From positions 2,410-66,409 of the forward strand of contig JAGGVU010000019.1 in NCBI GenBank assembly GCA_021157845.1: a DNA stretch of 64,000 nucleotides. Reading direction: 5' to 3'. Position numbers and translations under genes: made by a program. Under the pieces are notes generated by a model that saw only the letters and a list, made by a program, of their open reading frames with translations, was not told where the DNA came from and did not search any database. This stretch comes from Candidatus Aenigmatarchaeota archaeon (GTDB lineage Archaea; Aenigmatarchaeota; Aenigmatarchaeia; GW2011-AR5; JAGGXF01). Positions 59,878 through 64,000 of the stretch are shown one piece after another. Positions within the stretch are counted from its first letter, which is position 1; every line of letters starts with the position of its first letter.

Positions 59878-62388
59878 TCACACAACAGAATTTTCAAAAA
59901 GGCGGTTAAAATCAATCTTTTTTATAAACTCATCGCCCTCTTTTGCATATTTTTCCAACGTTTTCGGAAATATGTCTATAGATATTAATGGACCGGTTTC
60001 CGGTCCTCCAACAGGCAGACCCAATATTTTTGCACCGTTGACCGTACGAGGATAATCATTTGCTTCCCCATACGGGGTATTTGTCTGTCCAAGACAGTAA
60101 CATTTTTGGTGAAAAACATTTCTGCCCAAACTTTCTCCTCCATGATGGCTATGACCAGCACGATTTATCGTAAATTTTTTGGTTACTATGGCTGAAAATG
60201 CACCCCTATTTCTAAATTTATCCCGCATAGTTTTTACATCATCTTTAGTTTTTGACGTGCCTTGTTTATGCTTGTTGTACTCTGAATATGTTTTTTCTTT
60301 TATACCAAAAAGGCCGGCATAAACACCAATTTTACCATATATAGGTGCGCGTATCCTCTCTTCCGGTATACCATGTTGTTTTAGCTCCCTTGCTATTTCT
60401 TTTGGCAAGAAGGACATTCCACTATCGTTTCCTTTTGGAGTTTTTTCTCCATGGTTGCCACCGATTATTACTATAGATGGGCCCACAAGCCCTGCCTTTT
60501 TACCACGTTCAACAACACTTTTGAAGAAATCAATATCCATTATATCTCTGAACTCAATCCCCTGGTCCTGCGGAACAATTATACCGTGCTTATATGAGCT
60601 CATCGCCCCAAGTTTTTTTAGTTTAATTGCCTTTTCTTTATCAGAAATTGGCTCGTTTAAAATTTCATCGGCCTTCTCGCGAAATTGATACGGGGTTAAT
60701 GGTAAATCTGTTTTACCTTCTTTCCATGTAGTTTCTCTCTCGTTTTCAGTGTCTCTATTTTTATATTCTATCAAATCTCCCAAATCATTTACTCTTAAAA
60801 TAGGTGCATTTTTAAGAAAACTTTGTAAAACTTCAAACGAGTACTTTACATCATCTTCTGTCTCTATAACGTATGGAAATTTTGAGCCTATGTGAGTATC
60901 AGCATAATCTAGCTCATACATAATTTTTTCGTCTAAATCTTCACGGCTAAAGATATTTTCATTTGTTAGAAATTCGCTTAGCAGTATTTTTCTTTTCGGA
61001 ATCTCATTTACAAACTCTACAATTATCGCACCAGATGAAAAATCACTTTTTTTTGCCAATTTGTCCATTTTTGTTACAGATCGGTTTTCTCTTTTTCTCA
61101 TTTCGCGGAGTTCTTCCTCATCTAAACATGTTGGTAATTGTATGAGAAGTGTTTCCTTCTGTCCGTCTTCTGTGTCAAACGTAATTGGGTGCATCGTATA
61201 GGTTGGTGACAACCCTCCTTGTACAACTACATCATAAGAAATTCCAGAACTAAGTTCGTCCTGGACTCTTTTTATAAGATTATTTATCATAGTAGAGGAT
61301 GGTTCGTCAGTAGATTTTCGTGTGTCATATATAACGTTAAGCTTATAATCTCCTATATTTATTACAGATTCTCCAGAAGGAATTACCTTAAGATTAGGTA
61401 ATATGCTCTCTAATTTTTTGGATATGTATTCTTTCATTTCATTCGCAAGAAGATTTTTAAAATCATCATCTGTATTTGTCATCATCACGCGGGATAGGTA
61501 CTGATGGCACTCGTTAGTTGCGTTTTCTATATAGCGAATTATATTTTCAGGGTTTCCATCTAAATTATATAGTTTTCCTTTTTTATCAAAATATTTTTTT
61601 ATTTCTTCCAGTTCGTTTTCGTTCTCTTCTATGATATTTTTCATTTTTCTTATTTTATTTTTAAGTTTCTTCTTCTTTTTTTTATCTTTTGTTATAGAAA
61701 ATGTGTATTCTAACAGCGGAAGAATCTGTTTATTGAAAGAAGTTATTTCTGTTAATTTAGTTGCTTTTAATAAATATTTTTCCACCTCTCTCTTTTCTCG
61801 GTTTAGGTCATTAATTAAAGACTTTGTCAACTCTTTTTCTTTAACAGTGGCATTTCTAACTTTTTCATTTATATGTTGCCTAAGCAGGTCATCTTCCATA
61901 TCACCGAAAATTAGATAAATATCTTTATCAAATAGCTCCTTTTCAGTTTCGCCTTTAAACACATGTTCTATATAATCTATTACCATGTCAAATTTTTCTT
62001 TAAAAGTTATAAATAGCGGTTTTCGGTCTTTGGAATTTATTATTTTTTCCGGGTTGCTTATAGTTTTTTTGATTGTTTTCGGGTAGTTTATTTTTTCAGG
62101 GTCTATGCGTATGTGAGACTTTCTTGCCCTATCTGGAGCATATTTTGAATATCGCATCATATCTATATAGAACAAGTTTCCGGTTATTACGATTGCATCA
62201 ACGTCATCATGTTTGCAATATTTAAGAAAATTTTTAACTAGGCCTTTATTTGTTTTTCCTCCGACATAAATAGTATTTATAAATCCAACTTTTGGATTAT
62301 GTTTAACAGAAGGCTTTATATGAATTTCATAATTTTTCAATAAACCGTTTGAATATTTTCTAACTTCTTTCTCTGTTACAATACTCAT
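59878..62388 (-). CDS. Large protein with two calcineurin-like metallophosphoesterase domains and a coiled coil
   Basis: C-domain ADTHIG, LGDLIE, GGNHG, GHSHH; degenerate N-domain NTIYVG, ITGNLF, FGDME. Confidence 0.75.
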   Translation of the reverse strand: MSIVTEKEVRKYSNGLLKNYEIHIKPSVKHNPKVGFINTIYVGGKTNKGLVKNFLKYCKHDDVDAIVITGNLFYIDMMRYSKYAPDRARKSHIRIDPEKINYPKTIKKTISNPEKIINSKDRKPLFITFKEKFDMVIDYIEHVFKGETEKELFDKDIYLIFGDMEDDLLRQHINEKVRNATVKEKELTKSLINDLNREKREVEKYLLKATKLTEITSFNKQILPLLEYTFSITKDKKKKKKLKNKIRKMKNIIEENENELEEIKKYFDKKGKLYNLDGNPENIIRYIENATNECHQYLSRVMMTNTDDDFKNLLANEMKEYISKKLESILPNLKVIPSGESVINIGDYKLNVIYDTRKSTDEPSSTMINNLIKRVQDELSSGISYDVVVQGGLSPTYTMHPITFDTEDGQKETLLIQLPTCLDEEELREMRKRENRSVTKMDKLAKKSDFSSGAIIVEFVNEIPKRKILLSEFLTNENIFSREDLDEKIMYELDYADTHIGSKFPYVIETEDDVKYSFEVLQSFLKNAPILRVNDLGDLIEYKNRDTENERETTWKEGKTDLPLTPYQFREKADEILNEPISDKEKAIKLKKLGAMSSYKHGIIVPQDQGIEFRDIMDIDFFKSVVERGKKAGLVGPSIVIIGGNHGEKTPKGNDSGMSFLPKEIARELKQHGIPEERIRAPIYGKIGVYAGLFGIKEKTYSEYNKHKQGTSKTKDDVKTMRDKFRNRGAFSAIVTKKFTINRAGHSHHGGESLGRNVFHQKCYCLGQTNTPYGEANDYPRTVNGAKILGLPVGGPETGPLISIDIFPKTLEKYAKEGDEFIKKIDFNRLFENSVV

Positions 62389-62644
62389 TCAGACACCCCA
62401 CAACTACTCTTTATTAATTTTCTATATCAAATATAATTACTATTGTCTCCTAACTATAAATTCATTCAGATGATATTTTATATATTTTAGAATATATATC
62501 GGAATGTATAGAAAAATATTTAATTAACTAGTAAATACAAAAAAGTTGGACAGAACAGCGGTTTAATAGCCGATTCTCGCTTAATTTAGCTAAATTAATC
62601 ACCGGTTTCTATCAAAATGCCAAGGTATTCGGAGACATCTGGTC

Positions 62645-62681
62645 AAGATATGCTGAATAGTTAAAGCAAACATAAATGCAT
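62645..62681. repeat. Dispersed intergenic repeat, copy 2
   Basis: Matches 53877-53909. Confidence 0.6.
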
Positions 62682-62815
62682 TATACCTTCAGGACAGAAC
62701 TTGCGAGGACAAGCCTGACTGTAAGAAGTTGTCTAAATTCACTTAAGAATCAGATTATAATAACCTACCCGAATTTAGACAAAAAATAAATTTTTCTTCA
62801 TTTAGGCCCTGCTTA

Positions 62816-63046
62816 CTACCTTTTTCTTCTTTTTGGCTTTTTTTCTTCCATTTCCCATTTCAGGTCTTCATATTCTATCCACGCAACTAGGACGCCAAAG
62901 AAAATCAGGCAAAGTCCGATACTGCCTATAACTACCGTTTTTAATGATCCCAGTGGATTTATGCCATATATTTTGTCAACTGTATACCAGTATATACCGG
63001 CAATAGCTATTAACAGCCCGATAATAAATTTTGCAAACGTCTTCAT
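62816..63046 (-). CDS. Small two-TM membrane protein
   Basis: 76 aa, GGTGA SD, basic tail. Confidence 0.7.
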   Translation of the reverse strand: MKTFAKFIIGLLIAIAGIYWYTVDKIYGINPLGSLKTVVIGSIGLCLIFFGVLVAWIEYEDLKWEMEEKKPKRRKR

Positions 63047-63146
63047 ATCATCACCTATATAAATCTTTTGTAGATAAGTTAAATAACTATTTAAAAAAAG
63101 GTTTTTATAGTTTTATTTTAATTAAAAGATAATTTGATAAGATGGG

Positions 63147-63656
63147 ATGATTGCAGTGAAAAGTTTTTATAAATTTTTAAGCAGTATCTGGAGAAAATCC
63201 CCCAGCATAAAGGAAAGGGTAATAACGTGGAGAAAAGGGCCTGTTATAACACGTGTTGAAAATCCGACAAAGCTCCATAGAGCGAGAGAGCTTGGTTATA
63301 ATGCAAAACAAGGATTTGTTATAGTTAGAGTTAGGATAAAAAAGGGAGGAAGAAGAAGAAAAAAAATAAGAAAAGGGCGAAAGCCAAAAACAAGAGGAAG
63401 AGTTAGATTTACAACACAGAAGTCCCTTAAACGGATAGGTGAAGAGAAGGTAGCAAGAAAATATCCTAATATGGAGGTTTTGAATTCTTATTTTGTCGCT
63501 GAGGATGGCCAATATAAATATTTTGAAGTTATTTTAGTAGATAGAAGCCACCCAGCAATTAAGAAAGATAAAAAAATGAAATGGATAACAAAACAAAGAA
63601 GAAGGGCTTTGCGAGGAAAAACATCCGAAGGCAGGAAAAACAGAGGCATTAGATAA
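63147..63656 (+). CDS. rpl15e: 50S ribosomal protein eL15
   Basis: RARELGYNAKQG, EVLNSYFVAEDG, FEVILVD. Confidence 0.96.
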   Translation: MIAVKSFYKFLSSIWRKSPSIKERVITWRKGPVITRVENPTKLHRARELGYNAKQGFVIVRVRIKKGGRRRKKIRKGRKPKTRGRVRFTTQKSLKRIGEEKVARKYPNMEVLNSYFVAEDGQYKYFEVILVDRSHPAIKKDKKMKWITKQRRRALRGKTSEGRKNRGIR

Positions 63657-63776
63657 ATTTTACATTCTAAAATCGCTGGATAAAATCAACGGACATGTAC
63701 ACTATTTAGTTTTTTAAAAAGTTTCGCTTCTAATTATAACTAGGATAATATATAATATAGAGTACGAGCTGAAATT

Positions 63777-64000
63777 ATGAAATATTATGATTTGCATGTC
63801 CATACAAATGTATCTGTTGGTGAAAATTCGCTGGAAGAAATAGTGGAACAAGCAAAGAGGCTTAATATTGATGGATTGGGCATAACAGATTATTTTTCAA
63901 CAGTTGACGAATTCATGCGGCGCAAGAAAGTCAAACGGCCAGATATAGATATAGTTTTTGGCGTTATAATAAGAGCAGAAACAGAGTCGCAACTAAAAAA
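63777..64000 (+). CDS. rnp3: PHP-fold protein, probably RNase P subunit Rpp30 (truncated by window edge)
   Basis: MKYYDLHVHT..LGITD; position after rpl15e matches the usual archaeal context. Confidence 0.7.
   Translation, partial: MKYYDLHVHTNVSVGENSLEEIVEQAKRLNIDGLGITDYFSTVDEFMRRKKVKRPDIDIVFGVIIRAETESQLK

Noticed and set aside
59878..62388. Call as Mre11/SbcD or PolD small subunit DP1
   Set aside because: Tandem domain layout and coiled-coil insert do not match; no Rad50 or DP2 adjacent
13518..63512. Numerous antisense F/S/I/L-rich ORFs overlapping called genes
   Set aside because: Shadow frames of K/E-rich genes with no recognisable motifs

Overview
AT-rich archaeal chromosomal window. 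Gene content and divergent rRNA point to a DPANN lineage, possibly Aenigmarchaeota-like (inference, not searched). The first 13 kb hold stable-RNA genes that are heavily interrupted. Six tRNAs (Ser, Val, Glu, Leu, His, Ala) carry 12 introns between them. A 16S-tRNA(Ala)-23S operon carries 13 bulge-helix-bulge (BHB) introns and one group I intron, and three of these rRNA introns encode LAGLIDADG endonucleases. RNase P RNA follows. Highlights: (1) the two BHB-intron endonuclease ORFs have no stop in the linear intron and terminate only in the predicted intron circle, 7-8 nt before their own start; (2) an identical 53-nt T-loop intron occurs in both tRNA-Glu and tRNA-His; (3) a small palindromic repeat occurs both free-standing and as tRNA intron body; (4) a 7-nt exon sits at the 16S decoding site; (5) several normally invariant peptidyl-transferase-centre bases are substituted. 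The rest is mostly housekeeping: por operon, tmk, rqcH-scpB-scpA with an unusually short smc, geranylgeranyl reductase, Bud32, r-proteins, Rli1, YchF, ArgRS, XPD, Nre. It also holds an orange-protein-like Fe-S cluster interleaved with DNA-repair genes, an uncharacterised TIM-barrel/coiled-coil module, and a queuosine-salvage-like gene abutting a large double metallophosphoesterase. All calls come from reading the sequence by eye; splice sites are inferred from BHB geometry and no searches were run.
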